Shown: positions 37,467 to 48,143 of the stretch, piece after piece
Position numbering within the stretch: position 1 is the stretch's first letter
Layout: each line of letters starts with the position of its first letter
NCBI GenBank assembly: GCA_002255585.1
Contig: NCBJ01000005.1
Coordinates: 1,066 to 65,065, forward strand
Length of the DNA: 64,000 nt
Direction of reading: 5' to 3'
Source: Parcubacteria group bacterium 21-54-25
GTDB lineage: Bacteria > Patescibacteriota > Minisyncoccia > Phycocordibacterales > Phycocordibacteraceae
Translations under genes and position numbers: made by a program
The notes under the pieces: generated by a model
Seen by the model: the letters and a program-made list of their open reading frames with translations, nothing else
Database searches by the model: none
Told to the model about the DNA's origin: nothing

Positions 37467-37674
37467 GGGCAACTCCCCCAGTTCCTACTGTCTCACTGCA
37501 TATTACGTGCGTATTACCAATACCGCAAACGCACGATCCGCGGCACCGACGCATGAGAGAAATAAGATTGCCACGCAATCGAGCGGATTACGGCACAAAG
37601 ATTGCATTTTGCTGGATTTGAGCTATTCTACAAGCAACGCTTTCGGCGGGTTTTTATTTTTATTATCACGCTCT

Positions 37675-39822
37675 ATGAATCGAGACTATCCACTGGAGAA
37701 AGTACGCAACTTCGGCATTATTGCCCACATCGACGCTGGTAAAACCACCACCAGTGAACGCGTGCTTTTCTACACGGGCTCTCAGCACAAAATCGGCGAG
37801 GTGCATGAAGGCGAAACCACAACAGACTGGATGGAGCAGGAGCGCGAGCGCGGCATCACTATCACCGCCGCTGCTATCACTTGTTTCTGGAGCAAGACCG
37901 AGCAGAAAGACAAAAAGGACCTCTCGAAAAAATTTCGCTTCAATATCATCGATACGCCAGGGCACATTGACTTCACCGCCGAGGTGCAGCGCTCCATGCG
38001 CGTTTTGGACGGTGCAATCGTCGTATTTGACGGTGTCGCCGGTGTTGAGCCGCAGTCAGAAACAAACTGGCGCTACGCGGATGACGCAAACGTGCCGCGC
38101 CTGTGCCTCATAAACAAGCTCGATCGCACCGGTGCTTCGTTTGAACGCTCGTACCAGAGCATTCTCGACCGTCTCTCAAAAAAGGCCGTGCGTATGCAAA
38201 TTCCTATGGGCGAGGAAGGGGCGCACGAAGGGGTCGTGGATCTCCTCACAATGCAAGCGTACACGTTTACCGGAAACATGGGCGAAGACGTGGTGCCTGT
38301 TCCAGTCCCGGAACAGTTAAAAACTGACGCCGAGAAATATCGCGCCGAGCTCGTTGAGCGCATCGTCGAACAAGATGAAAACCTCATGAGCGCGTACCTC
38401 GAAGGCAACGAGCCGCCGCTCGCAGACCTTAAGAAGGCGCTGCGTAACGCAGTCATTGCAAACGAAGTATTTCCTGTATTCGCTGGCTCGGCGCTCAAAA
38501 ACAAGGGCGTGCAGCTTGTGCTTGACGCTGTTGTTGACTATCTCCCCTCACCGCTTGATCTGCCGCCCGTGAAAGGCATTGACCCAAAAACAAGCGGAGA
38601 AATTGAGCGCAAGCCCTCTGACGACGAGCCGTTCACCGCGCTCGCGTTTAAACTCCAGACGGATCCATTCGTCGGCGCACTTACGTTCTTCCGGGTATAC
38701 GCGGGCACACTCGAAGCCGGCTCGTATATATACAACGCCAACACGGGCACGAAAGAGCGCGTTGGTCGCATTGTGCGGCTCCAGGCTGACAAACGCGAAG
38801 AGGTGAAGAAAGTCTTCACGGGTGAAATAGCCGCTGCCGTAGGACTGAAAGACACGAAGACCTCGCACACGCTTTGTGACGAAGCACACCCTATTGTGCT
38901 TGAGGAGATTCACTTTCCGGAACCGGTCGTTTCGCTTCGCATTGAGCCGAAAACCAAAGCCGACCAAGAGAAGCTCGGTATTGCGCTCAGGAAGCTCGCC
39001 GACGAAGACCCCACGTTCCGTGTCTCTACCGATGATGAGACCATGGAGACGATCATCGCTGGCATGGGTGAGCTGCACCTGGACATTCTCGTTGATCGCA
39101 TGAAGCGCGAGTTCAACGTCGAAGCAAACGTTGGTAAACCGCAGGTAGCGTACCGCGAAACGATTAAAAGTACTGCCGAAGTGGAGAACAAGTACATCAA
39201 ACAGACCGGTGGTCGTGGACAGTACGGCCATGTGAAAATCCGCATCAAGCCGCTTGAAGAATTGCCTGAAGGTGCAAAGATTCCAAATAACACGAAGCGC
39301 GAAGACCACTTTGAGTTCATCAACAGCATTAAAGGAGGCGTGATCCCACAGGAATACATTCCGGCAGTGGAAAAAGGCATTCGCGAGGCGTTGGACCGCG
39401 GCATCTTGGCTGGCTACCCCATGGTAGACGTCTCTGTCGACCTTTTTGACGGTTCGTATCACGACGTCGACTCATCCGAAATCGCATTCAAAATTGCCGC
39501 CTCACAAGCTTTTCAGGAAGCGGCGAAGCAAGCGAAACCAGTTTTACTCGAACCGATTATGCGCGTCGAGGTGGTGGTGCCCGAGGAATTTATGGGCGAC
39601 GTTACCGGTAACCTCTCGGGCAAGCGCGGTGCCATTGAAGGTATGGAAGACCGCGGTATGAGCAAGGCCATCCACGCGAAGGTGCCGCTTGCAGAGATGT
39701 TTGGCTACACCACAACACTGCGTTCCATGACCGAGGGTCGCGGTTCCATGACCATGGAGTTCGACCACTATGAGACCGTGCCGACCAACGTTGCGCAAGA
39801 TATCATCGCGAGCCGTAAGTAA
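37675..39822 (+). CDS. fusA: Elongation factor G
   Basis: [25 protein letters not shown]1 motif, [13 protein letters not shown]; start ATG 37675 (track 5' extension overlaps minus gene); TATTAT 8 nt upstream. Confidence 0.9.
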   Translation: MNRDYPLEKVRNFGIIAHIDAGKTTTSERVLFYTGSQHKIGEVHEGETTTDWMEQERERGITITAAAITCFWSKTEQKDKKDLSKKFRFNIIDTPGHIDFTAEVQRSMRVLDGAIVVFDGVAGVEPQSETNWRYADDANVPRLCLINKLDRTGASFERSYQSILDRLSKKAVRMQIPMGEEGAHEGVVDLLTMQAYTFTGNMGEDVVPVPVPEQLKTDAEKYRAELVERIVEQDENLMSAYLEGNEPPLADLKKALRNAVIANEVFPVFAGSALKNKGVQLVLDAVVDYLPSPLDLPPVKGIDPKTSGEIERKPSDDEPFTALAFKLQTDPFVGALTFFRVYAGTLEAGSYIYNANTGTKERVGRIVRLQADKREEVKKVFTGEIAAAVGLKDTKTSHTLCDEAHPIVLEEIHFPEPVVSLRIEPKTKADQEKLGIALRKLADEDPTFRVSTDDETMETIIAGMGELHLDILVDRMKREFNVEANVGKPQVAYRETIKSTAEVENKYIKQTGGRGQYGHVKIRIKPLEELPEGAKIPNNTKREDHFEFINSIKGGVIPQEYIPAVEKGIREALDRGILAGYPMVDVSVDLFDGSYHDVDSSEIAFKIAASQAFQEAAKQAKPVLLEPIMRVEVVVPEEFMGDVTGNLSGKRGAIEGMEDRGMSKAIHAKVPLAEMFGYTTTLRSMTEGRGSMTMEFDHYETVPTNVAQDIIASRK

Positions 39823-39883
39823 AACTCAGTAAAAGCATAAAGAATGCTTCACTCTCTGTCTCGGTAGGGCATCTCTTATTTAT

Positions 39884-40792
39884 TTATGACGCAATACGCA
39901 CGCGCTCAAGCTCGGGGAGCAGTTTCTCATAAAGCCGCTCAATCAGCTGCAGAAGGACAAGCACCTCGTCGCGATTTTGTTTGAGTACCCCAAGCTTAAA
40001 TACATACGTTTTCACGCCGTAGCACTCGAAGCCAAATTCTTTGTATCCTTCCATAAGCATTGCCATAGCATCGGGTTGCAGTATTTCAAGTGCCTCTATC
40101 TCCTCGCCTTGCGGCACATACACGGAAAATTCTTTATTGAAATCACCCTCCACGGTGAGCGGCTTCGTATCTGACGGTTTCCAAACAAGCGCTGGGTCGA
40201 TCGTCATAAGGGACGTATGCGGTCGGATGAGAAGATGAGGCAGTTGATGCTGTACCTCAATCTCACCGACAATGTATTGTATTTGTTCTTGATACCTGCC
40301 CAAGCCAACGATGAACGAGTAGTTATACAGCCGTAACGCAGCATCTTTGTATGTTCCAGAAAGCACATGCGAAAGTGCTCTGTCATGTCCGCGCTCAAAA
40401 AAGCTGCCTGATACTGTTCCGGTAGATGCAGAGGGCGCATACGTAAACCCAAGCGAGTCAGCTAATTCGGTGAAAAACAATTTCTGCATTCTGAAATACA
40501 CACGCAAATATAAGACGATGGGAATGAGTAGCGGAAGAAGAAAGAGCAGTAACAGAATAACTGTCTCGGTGTTCGTATCTGCTATGGCGGCTAGATCATT
40601 TGCCGAAGCTACCCACCAAGCCGCGCTTTCAAGCAGAAGCATAGCTGCTACAGCCATGAATGTGTGCATGGGGCGCCGCTGCAACAAATAGCGCCAAGTG
40701 CTGCGCTGTACGCTAAGCACGGGCTCGTCCTGTTTGCGGGCGCCTGTATTTTTTGGTGGCGACGCGGACGGGACGCGAGACGACATATCCAT
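39884..40792 (-). CDS. Hypothetical membrane protein (302 aa, two TM near N-terminus)
   Basis: AAAGGA 3 nt before ATG 40792; inserted between fusA and tuf. Confidence 0.5.
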   Translation of the reverse strand: MDMSSRVPSASPPKNTGARKQDEPVLSVQRSTWRYLLQRRPMHTFMAVAAMLLLESAAWWVASANDLAAIADTNTETVILLLLFLLPLLIPIVLYLRVYFRMQKLFFTELADSLGFTYAPSASTGTVSGSFFERGHDRALSHVLSGTYKDAALRLYNYSFIVGLGRYQEQIQYIVGEIEVQHQLPHLLIRPHTSLMTIDPALVWKPSDTKPLTVEGDFNKEFSVYVPQGEEIEALEILQPDAMAMLMEGYKEFGFECYGVKTYVFKLGVLKQNRDEVLVLLQLIERLYEKLLPELERVRIAS

Positions 40793-40917
40793 ATATCCTT
40801 TATAGTAGCAGGTAGCAGCAGAATGCTCCGAGGTGTCGAACCGTGTTGTCCACAGCGACTTCTTGACAAGTACTTGAGCTACGGTGTGGTCACGTTATAC
40901 AAAATAACTCTCTATTC

Positions 40918-43900
40918 ATGAAACAAATTTCTCGCGCGCTCGTGCTCCCTGTGTTGTTCCTTGCTTTTGCCACCCCCGCCTTTGCGGCGACCAACACCCC
41001 GACCGATTACGACATCATGAGTGCCTGTTTTGGCCAAACGCCCACAGCCGGTAGTGTTTGTGCCAAGGCAGATTTCGATGGCGATGGCATCGTTAATATC
41101 GCTGACCTAGCAGCATTCAAGAGTGCCATAAAATACGATATCAATGGTGACGGGGCCGTAGATCTGTCCCCCAACGGCGCGGACGCCGCTGCGCTACAGG
41201 CCTGTTTTGGCCAAACGCCCACGGCCGGTAGTCCGTGTGCTAAAGCCGATCTAAACGGTGACGGGATGGTGAATTTTGCTGACCTAAGCGCGTTTAAGGC
41301 CGCAAGCAAATACGACTTAAACGGCGACGGGGAAATAACGTTCAATAACACGAGCGCGCCGGTCATCACCAATATTGTTAACGACGCAACGCCGAACGTG
41401 AACGTGACGATTTCTGGCACGAACTTCGATCCGGCCTCGAACACCGTTACTATTGGTGGAACAAGTAGGAACTTGCCATCTTTCAACGGGACGAATATCA
41501 ACTTCCAGATGACGGACTTCGGTCTTAGTGCTGGCAGTTATTCAGTACAGGTCACCACTTCAGCTGGTGCAAGTAATGTATATCAGGCGACCATCACGAA
41601 TTCCCCGGCGAGCACGGGTCTCAAAATAGCGCTTTTGCCGACGTCGCCGAACGGCACCACCCTCTTTCAGGGTCAGAGTGGCGCTGATCTCGCGGACTTC
41701 GTGTTCTCGAATCCAAGCTCAGTTCCGATTACTGTGACCAGTCTTGCTTTCAACCGTATCGGCGCTTCGAGCGACTCGGCGATGACAAACGTGTACCTCT
41801 CGCACAGCGGTACGCGCGTGACGGGGTCTAGTGGAGTTTATAATTCCCAATTTTCGTTCACAGATGGGGCGGGCCTCTTCACGGTCCCGGCGGGGGGTAC
41901 GTATTCGGTTTCGGTTCTTTCCGACATCGCGAACAGCGCCTCATCTGGTCAGCAGATCGGCGTGGCACTCGCTTCCGTTGGTTCTTTTGGCGCTATTGAT
42001 CCCTCGGTCAACTTCCCAATTAATGCCGGTTATCAAACAATTTCAACCCAAACACCTGCCCCCGCCATCACCTCCGTCTCGCCTACGAGTGGTTCTACAA
42101 ACACAGCCGTCACTCTCTATGGCACGAACCTTCAAGGGGCCACACAGGTACGGTTCTACAACACAAGCGGACAATTTGTCGCAAGCCAGAACGTTACGTC
42201 CGTTTCCTCTGACGGCACACACGTAACGTTCATTATCTCAGGTGTCTTCATGGGTATGGAGGGCGCAGGTTCATATCAAATAAATGTGCAATCGCCGAAT
42301 GGAACAACCAACAGTGAACCGTTTACCGTGACGTCGGAATCTATCCCCACCATCACCTCCACCAGCGCCAAGGCCGCAGGCACGTTCCAGGCGGATGCTG
42401 GCGGCGGTTTGCAGGTTTTCGGCACTGGTTTTTCCTCCGGTGCAACGGCGTATATCAACGGGGCACCGGTGACGACCACCTATGTCTCAAGTACTGAACT
42501 GGGGGTCAACGTTCCAACCAGCCTCTCTGCTGGCGCGAGCTATCCGATGTATGTTACTGGCGGAGGCGGCACGAGCAACACGGTGCAAATACAAATCTTG
42601 AGCAATCTTGCCAATTACCCGCACATCACCTCCACCAGCGCCAAGGCCGCAGGCACGTTCCAGGCGGATGCTGGTGGTGTCCTACAAATTTCTGGCACGA
42701 ACTTTTCCGGCGCAACAGCGGTATACATTGGCGGAGAACAGGCCACGATTACGAGTAACACCGGGACCTCGATCTTGATCGACGTCCCGAGCAACCTTTC
42801 CGCTGGCGTGAGCTACCCGCTCTTCGTTACCGGTCCTACCACCGGTGTGAGCAACACGGTGCAAATACAGATTTTGAGCGTCTTAAACTCGACCCCCACC
42901 ATCACCTTTGCGCAAGTGCCCGCCGAGAACAACAACGTGCTCCATCCAGGCGAACCAGCACGAGTATTCGGTGCGAACCTTGACCAAGCGGGGTCCATTC
43001 CAGTTGAAGTACGATTTATCGCTGCGGGCGCGACAGTCTACTCCGCTGATGTGCCAGGCACCGTGAACGCCGATGGTACGCAAGTGTCCTTTACGGTTCC
43101 ATCCTTATCGAACGGGACCTACTCACTCCTCGTCTATGCCAGAACATCGTTCGGCACGAATCAGATTTCGGTATCTGTCACAAGTCCGGCTACAGGAAGG
43201 ATCATCCCGTCAACCACGTTTATGAATTTTCACGTCGTACAAGGCCAGAGCAATCCACCGCCGGTCCCTATGACGCTTACGAACGCAGGTTCGGTACCGG
43301 TGGACTACACGCTCAACGTACCTAACCAACCAGCGTGGTTGAACACGAGCTATAGCACCAACACCCTGACGCTTGCCGCGGGCGGTGTCGTGGAGCTTGA
43401 GGCGTCAGTGGACGCCACGCAAGTAAATGCGCCGGGCACATACACGGCAACCCTGGTTGTGTCGGGCAATTTTTCAGGCTCACCGCTCAGCATTCCAGTT
43501 ACCCTAACGATTGATGCGGCACAAAACAGCAGTACGCCAACACCTTCAACTAACGAAAATACCCCACCGACCTCAAATACAAATACGCCAGCTGGCCCGT
43601 TCACCCAAAACCTCTGGCGCGGGCAGCATGGGGAAGAAGTGGTACAGCTGCAACAGCTCCTTAATCGCGACCCGAATACGCAAATTGCGGATTCAGGTCC
43701 CGGCTCGCCAGGTGAAGAAAATGGCTACTATGGCTACCTGACGCAGTCCGCAGTGCAAAATTTCCAGTGCAAGTACAACATCGTTTGTTCTGGCTCGCCT
43801 GACGCCACCGGCTATGGCGTGGTGGGGCCGCAGACGCGCGACGAACTGAACATGCTCTATGACCAGCAGGGCAGTAGCGCAGCAGCGGGTGCGCAGGCGA

Positions 43901-44073
43901 CGAACAATGTTGGCAATTCTAGCGGAACGAACGGTGCGCAAACAAACAACACCACAAGCGCATCCTCGCCCGCACCAACCGCCGCCCAGCTACAGACTCA
44001 ACTCCAGCAACTTTTACAACTTGTGCTCCAGCTCCAACAACAGCTTGCGCGGCAGCAGGCCTCCCCTAACTAA
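40918..44073 (+). CDS. Large secreted protein: signal peptide, two tandem dockerin modules, multiple IPT/TIG-like Ig domains, peptidoglycan-binding (PG_binding_1-like) domain, C-terminal Gln/Leu coiled-coil
   Basis: KADFDGDGIVNIADLAAF...DINGDGAVDL and KADLNGDGMVNFADLSAF...DLNGDGEITF; tandem 91-aa ITSTSAKAAGTFQADAGG repeats; NLWRGQHGEEVVQLQQLLNRD...GYYGYLTQSAVQNFQ. Confidence 0.75.
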   Translation: MKQISRALVLPVLFLAFATPAFAATNTPTDYDIMSACFGQTPTAGSVCAKADFDGDGIVNIADLAAFKSAIKYDINGDGAVDLSPNGADAAALQACFGQTPTAGSPCAKADLNGDGMVNFADLSAFKAASKYDLNGDGEITFNNTSAPVITNIVNDATPNVNVTISGTNFDPASNTVTIGGTSRNLPSFNGTNINFQMTDFGLSAGSYSVQVTTSAGASNVYQATITNSPASTGLKIALLPTSPNGTTLFQGQSGADLADFVFSNPSSVPITVTSLAFNRIGASSDSAMTNVYLSHSGTRVTGSSGVYNSQFSFTDGAGLFTVPAGGTYSVSVLSDIANSASSGQQIGVALASVGSFGAIDPSVNFPINAGYQTISTQTPAPAITSVSPTSGSTNTAVTLYGTNLQGATQVRFYNTSGQFVASQNVTSVSSDGTHVTFIISGVFMGMEGAGSYQINVQSPNGTTNSEPFTVTSESIPTITSTSAKAAGTFQADAGGGLQVFGTGFSSGATAYINGAPVTTTYVSSTELGVNVPTSLSAGASYPMYVTGGGGTSNTVQIQILSNLANYPHITSTSAKAAGTFQADAGGVLQISGTNFSGATAVYIGGEQATITSNTGTSILIDVPSNLSAGVSYPLFVTGPTTGVSNTVQIQILSVLNSTPTITFAQVPAENNNVLHPGEPARVFGANLDQAGSIPVEVRFIAAGATVYSADVPGTVNADGTQVSFTVPSLSNGTYSLLVYARTSFGTNQISVSVTSPATGRIIPSTTFMNFHVVQGQSNPPPVPMTLTNAGSVPVDYTLNVPNQPAWLNTSYSTNTLTLAAGGVVELEASVDATQVNAPGTYTATLVVSGNFSGSPLSIPVTLTIDAAQNSSTPTPSTNENTPPTSNTNTPAGPFTQNLWRGQHGEEVVQLQQLLNRDPNTQIADSGPGSPGEENGYYGYLTQSAVQNFQCKYNIVCSGSPDATGYGVVGPQTRDELNMLYDQQGSSAAAGAQATNNVGNSSGTNGAQTNNTTSASSPAPTAAQLQTQLQQLLQLVLQLQQQLARQQASPN

Positions 44074-44206
44074 GCGTAGACGTTGCGTGGGAGAACTGCC
44101 GCGGCGGTTTTGTTGACAGGACGTGTGTCTTGTTTATACACTCAGCGATAGCAGCTCATCGATGGGCTGTGATACAGGATTAGATCTTTTTTGAGGAGAC
44201 CGTCTG

Positions 44207-44512
44207 ATGGAAACGCAAGAAAAAGAACGGCTTACTTTCTGTCGCAGCAACCTTGCAATTCGTGACGATAAGGTTGTTGCCACGACCAATGGATTCTCCA
44301 CCGCATACGAGTTTGATAGCGCGTTCGTTCAGGGGCGTATGGTGCCGTCGACCGTAGACGGCGTGAAAATCGGCAGATTTGGGTCGGACGTTCTAATACA
44401 GCACAATGGAGAGTCCTTCATCACGGACTGGCGTGTGCTTCGGGACGTCGTCATCCTCACCTTAAAAAAAGAGGGATGGAAGTTCATTGACGAGAAGGGA
44501 GATTGGGTCTGA
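44207..44512 (+). CDS. Hypothetical protein (101 aa)
   Basis: GAGGAGA SD 7 nt before ATG; followed by terminator. Confidence 0.5.
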   Translation: METQEKERLTFCRSNLAIRDDKVVATTNGFSTAYEFDSAFVQGRMVPSTVDGVKIGRFGSDVLIQHNGESFITDWRVLRDVVILTLKKEGWKFIDEKGDWV

Positions 44513-44527
44513 CGATATCGGATCACG

Positions 44528-44570
44528 TCCCGCCAAATGGATGCGCGTATGCATTTGGCGGGATTTTTGT
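44528..44570 (+). terminator. Intrinsic terminator
   Basis: TCCCGCCAAATG-loop-CATTTGGCGGGA then TTTTTGTTT. Confidence 0.65.
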
Positions 44571-44737
44571 TTCATTTGCTTGACCTTTTTGTAGTGGTCG
44601 GGTAGTCTTTTTAGTAACGCAATCGTTTACGTGCGGTACATTTTGTATCACACGTAAACGCGGCGGCATTTCCGTCGGCGCACCGCGCGGCGCGTTGGTC
44701 ATTTATTCGGTCTTTATCATTAATTTTTACAAGACAT

Positions 44738-45940
44738 ATGGCAGCAGAATTTGATCGCAGCAAACCGCACATGAACGTGGGTACCATCGGTCACGTTGAT
44801 CATGGCAAAACCACACTCACGGCAGCTATTTTGAACGTTCTTCTTCTCAACAAGGACAGCGGTTACGGTGCCCGTGCTGAGAAAATTGAGAACATCGACA
44901 ACGCGCCGGAAGAAAAGGCGCGTGGCATCACCATCGCACTTCACCACTCGGAGTACGAGACGCCGAAACGTCACTACGCACACGTTGACGCTCCGGGCCA
45001 TGCTGACTACATCAAAAACATGATCACCGGCGCCGCGCAGATGGATGGTGCGGTGCTTGTAGTCGCCGCGACCGACGGCGTGATGCCGCAAACGCGCGAG
45101 CACATCCTTCTTGCGAAGCAAGTAGGCGTGCCGCAACTCATTGTTTTTCTCAACAAGGTAGACATGGTGCAAGAGGCCGATCTCATCGACCTCGTAGAAG
45201 AAGAAGTGCGCGAACTCCTCACCAAACAGGGTTTTGATGGTGCTAATACGCCGATTGTTCGCGGTTCAGGTCTGAAAGCGCTCGAGGCAACCAAGGCCGA
45301 TGACGAATGGGCGCTCAAGGTAAAGGAGCTCGTCGACACGATGGATGAGTACTTCCCACAGCCGAAGCGCGATCTCGACAAACCGTTTCTCATGCCGATC
45401 GAAGACATCTTCTCGATTGAAGGACGCGGTACGGTGGTCACCGGGCGCATCGAGCGAGGTAAGGTGAGCGTTGGCGAGGAAGTCGAGATCGTGGGTATTA
45501 AAGACACGGCAAAAACAACCGTTACGGGCATTGAAATGTTTAACAAACACCTTCAGGAGGGCCAGGCCGGCGACAACGCGGGTGTTCTCTTGCGCGGCAC
45601 TAAGAAAGAGGACGTGCACCGTGGCCAAGTGCTTGCCAAGCCGGGCACCGTGACGCCACACACCGAGTTTGACGCAGAGGTATACATTCTTGGCAAAGAC
45701 GAAGGTGGTCGCCACACGCCGTTTTTCACCGGGTATAAGCCGCAGTTCTACATCCGCACGACGGATGTCACTGGCGAAGTGACGCTTCCCGAAGGAAAAG
45801 AAATGGTCATGCCGGGCGATACCGTCACGTTCAAAGTAAAGCTCGTCGCACCGGTCGCGCTCGAGGAACAGCAACGCTTTGCTATCCGCGAGGGTGGCAA
45901 GACGGTAGGCGCAGGTGTTGTCACAAAGATTAACGCGTAA
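44738..45940 (+). CDS. tuf: Elongation factor Tu
   Basis: [26 protein letters not shown]; 400 aa. Confidence 0.95.
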   Translation: MAAEFDRSKPHMNVGTIGHVDHGKTTLTAAILNVLLLNKDSGYGARAEKIENIDNAPEEKARGITIALHHSEYETPKRHYAHVDAPGHADYIKNMITGAAQMDGAVLVVAATDGVMPQTREHILLAKQVGVPQLIVFLNKVDMVQEADLIDLVEEEVRELLTKQGFDGANTPIVRGSGLKALEATKADDEWALKVKELVDTMDEYFPQPKRDLDKPFLMPIEDIFSIEGRGTVVTGRIERGKVSVGEEVEIVGIKDTAKTTVTGIEMFNKHLQEGQAGDNAGVLLRGTKKEDVHRGQVLAKPGTVTPHTEFDAEVYILGKDEGGRHTPFFTGYKPQFYIRTTDVTGEVTLPEGKEMVMPGDTVTFKVKLVAPVALEEQQRFAIREGGKTVGAGVVTKINA

Positions 45941-45980
45941 CGCGACGCTTCGAAACAACACACAGACCTTTCCCATCAGC

Positions 45981-46367
45981 ATGGCAACCGCAACGACCAA
46001 GAAAACGACAACGCGCAAGACGGCAAAAACAGCCAAGACTGTCGAAGTGCCGGTCGTACCCGAGCACAAGCTGCGCATCCGTGTGCGTGCATACGAGCAC
46101 AAGGTGCTCGATCTCTCGGTCAAGCAAATCATGGACACCGCTGAGCGCCTCGACGCGCAGGTCGTTGGTCCCGTGCCGCTTCCAACGGAAGTGAAGCGCT
46201 GGACGGTGAACCGTTCGACATTCGTGCACAAAAATGCGCGCGAACAGTTCGAAATGCGTATCCACAAACGTCTCATCGACATCATGAACCCTTCGCAAAA
46301 GGTTGTGGAGGCACTCACGAACCTCTCACTTCCTTCTGGAGTAACGATTGACGTGAAAATGGTCTGA
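45981..46367 (+). CDS. rpsJ: 30S ribosomal protein S10 with Lys/Thr-rich N-terminal extension
   Basis: KLRIRVRAYEHKVLD...PVPLPTEVKRWTVNRSTFVHKNAREQFEMRIHKRLIDI; start ATG 45981. Confidence 0.85.
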   Translation: MATATTKKTTTRKTAKTAKTVEVPVVPEHKLRIRVRAYEHKVLDLSVKQIMDTAERLDAQVVGPVPLPTEVKRWTVNRSTFVHKNAREQFEMRIHKRLIDIMNPSQKVVEALTNLSLPSGVTIDVKMV

Positions 46368-46383
46368 TTTCAGTCTCGAAGAG

Positions 46384-46420
46384 AAAAAGCAGGCGGCCCG
46401 GAAGGGCCGCCTGCTTTTTT
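46384..46420 (+). terminator. Intrinsic terminator immediately after rpsJ
   Basis: AAAAAGCAGGCGGCCC-ggaa-GGGCCGCCTGCTTTTTT. Confidence 0.75.
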
Positions 46421-46481
46421 CGGAAGAGAAGTCGGCGAGTTAACCAGAGCGTACACAAGACACTGAGCCGTAACCGAAAAA

Positions 46482-46509
46482 TTGACAAAATATATTTTCC
46501 GTGTACTAT
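46482..46509 (+). promoter_or_regulatory. Sigma70-type promoter for inserted lipoprotein gene
   Basis: TTGACA-16 nt-TACTAT. Confidence 0.5.
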
Positions 46510-46580
46510 CTGCACCAGACGTTTTTTGTTATCACAATACAGATCTCAGTATCCAAACGAGTACAACGAGGAGGTGCACC

Positions 46581-47891
46581 GTGAAAGCGACACGAAAGAC
46601 AGTAGTTGCAGTACTTATGGTGGTCTCGGCCCTGTCTCTTGCGGCCTGCAAGAGCAGCGGGAACTCGGTGGCGTCAGCGAGTAGTGGCGGGACCCAAACG
46701 CCCACCACTTCGCCATCGCCATCGCCAACTCCGACCCCGTCTCCAGCGGCAACGTATATTTCTGGTTACATCGTCGGAGGCGCACAGACGGGAGTGACGG
46801 TTACCGCCAGTCCCGGGGGTACCGCTGCAACAACCGGCGCAAGCGGGGCTTACACCCTGTCAAACTTGCCGGACGGCACCTACACAATCACTCCATCTGA
46901 CGGGTCGGGAACCGTGTTCTCGCCGGCCAGCAAGACCGTGACGGTGAATGGTGCCGGTGTGGCGGGTGTAAACTTCACCGCACCAACCCCGCCTCTTACC
47001 ACGGGGGACATTCTTTTCCCGTGCCTCTACGCGGTGTGCGTAGAAAACTTGGCGACGGGGACATCGAATGTGCTGCTGCAGAACCCCAGTGTAACGGCGT
47101 GGCAGCCGCTCACGATTGTTCCCATGCGCGTGGGGATTTCGATTGCCTACGATGGGTCAAATCTCGCTGGCCCTTCCTGGGTGTCGTTTCTTCCGGGCAT
47201 GCCGTCGCCGCCGCGGGTGTTCATGAACGGAGGGAACATGACGCCCAATTGCTCCGCCATCACTGACGGCCGAAGCTTCGACACCGCAAGTGTCTCGGGT
47301 GTTGGCGACATAGCGGTCGTAACAGCCCCCTGCTCGGTCCCAGGAGTAGGGAATAAAACGGACATCTTCATCGTTCAGATGGATGGTTCGGGACACTACG
47401 TTCGTGTCACGTCCGATATGGACATCGAGCGATCGCCTGTTTTTGCCGGTATCAACTTGGCAAAGAGTCAGGTGACAGTGCTCTTTGTGGACACCACCAC
47501 GGGCAACATCATGAAGCAAGTGGTGGACGTCTCTTCAACGAGCACCACGACGCTCGTCGGCGCGCCGACCGTCTTTGCGAAGGACGCAGCTGATGACGAT
47601 CGGGCATTATCGGTGAACCTAGACTACACCAAGGTCGCCTTCGTGCAGAAGGTGAACGGATTGAATCACCTCATGGTAGAGGCGACCGCGGGGGGTCCGG
47701 TGACAGATCTCGGCTTGGGAGACAATCCGTACTGGGATCTCGGGGGAAGCAACCTGATTGAGTACTCGTACAACGGCAAACTGTATGCGGTCAAGCCGGA
47801 CGGTACGGGGCGGGTTGCGATACCTGTTCCTGGCAACTTGTCGGTGGCGTCGGGCCCCGCTTGGGTGGTGTTCGCCCCTCCGGGAGGCTAA
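46581..47891 (+). CDS. Lipoprotein with carboxypeptidase-regulatory-like domain and beta-propeller-like C-terminal region
   Basis: GAGGAGGTG SD then GTG 46581; lipobox LSLAAC; YISGYIVGG...GAYTLSNLPDGTYTITPS; track start 46482 rejected. Confidence 0.6.
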   Translation: MKATRKTVVAVLMVVSALSLAACKSSGNSVASASSGGTQTPTTSPSPSPTPTPSPAATYISGYIVGGAQTGVTVTASPGGTAATTGASGAYTLSNLPDGTYTITPSDGSGTVFSPASKTVTVNGAGVAGVNFTAPTPPLTTGDILFPCLYAVCVENLATGTSNVLLQNPSVTAWQPLTIVPMRVGISIAYDGSNLAGPSWVSFLPGMPSPPRVFMNGGNMTPNCSAITDGRSFDTASVSGVGDIAVVTAPCSVPGVGNKTDIFIVQMDGSGHYVRVTSDMDIERSPVFAGINLAKSQVTVLFVDTTTGNIMKQVVDVSSTSTTTLVGAPTVFAKDAADDDRALSVNLDYTKVAFVQKVNGLNHLMVEATAGGPVTDLGLGDNPYWDLGGSNLIEYSYNGKLYAVKPDGTGRVAIPVPGNLSVASGPAWVVFAPPGG

Positions 47892-47915
47892 TCCAGGAGG
47901 CTAACCCAACCCACC

Positions 47916-47953
47916 AAAGAGCCATAACGCACAGTGCGTTATGGCTCTTTTTT
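47916..47953 (+). terminator. Intrinsic terminator after lipoprotein gene
   Basis: AAAGAGCCATAACGCAC-GTGCGTTATGGCTCTTTTTT. Confidence 0.7.
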
Positions 47954-48143
47954 ATATCGTGCGCGCCGCCCCACTACATAACTAGCGGCCTGTTTTCTTG
48001 CGTATCTGCTCGCCTTCGTGTAGAGTGCTTCCCATAACGCTACGTACTTATCGGGTCGCTCATGCAACTCAGATAAAGACCAATGGCCATTCGCGCAGCG
48101 CGATATGCCACTGCGCGTTTTACTTTCACTATAAACCTAAAGC

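Noticed and set aside
38548-39462. 304-aa minus ORF inside fusA
   Set aside because: Antisense of a highly conserved EF-G region.
42351-42890. Possible DGR variable/template repeat pair
   Set aside because: Mismatches between copies are not adenine-specific and no reverse transcriptase is present. Interpreted as ordinary tandem domain duplication.
45266-46318. 350-aa minus ORF across tuf/rpsJ
   Set aside because: Antisense of tuf and rpsJ.
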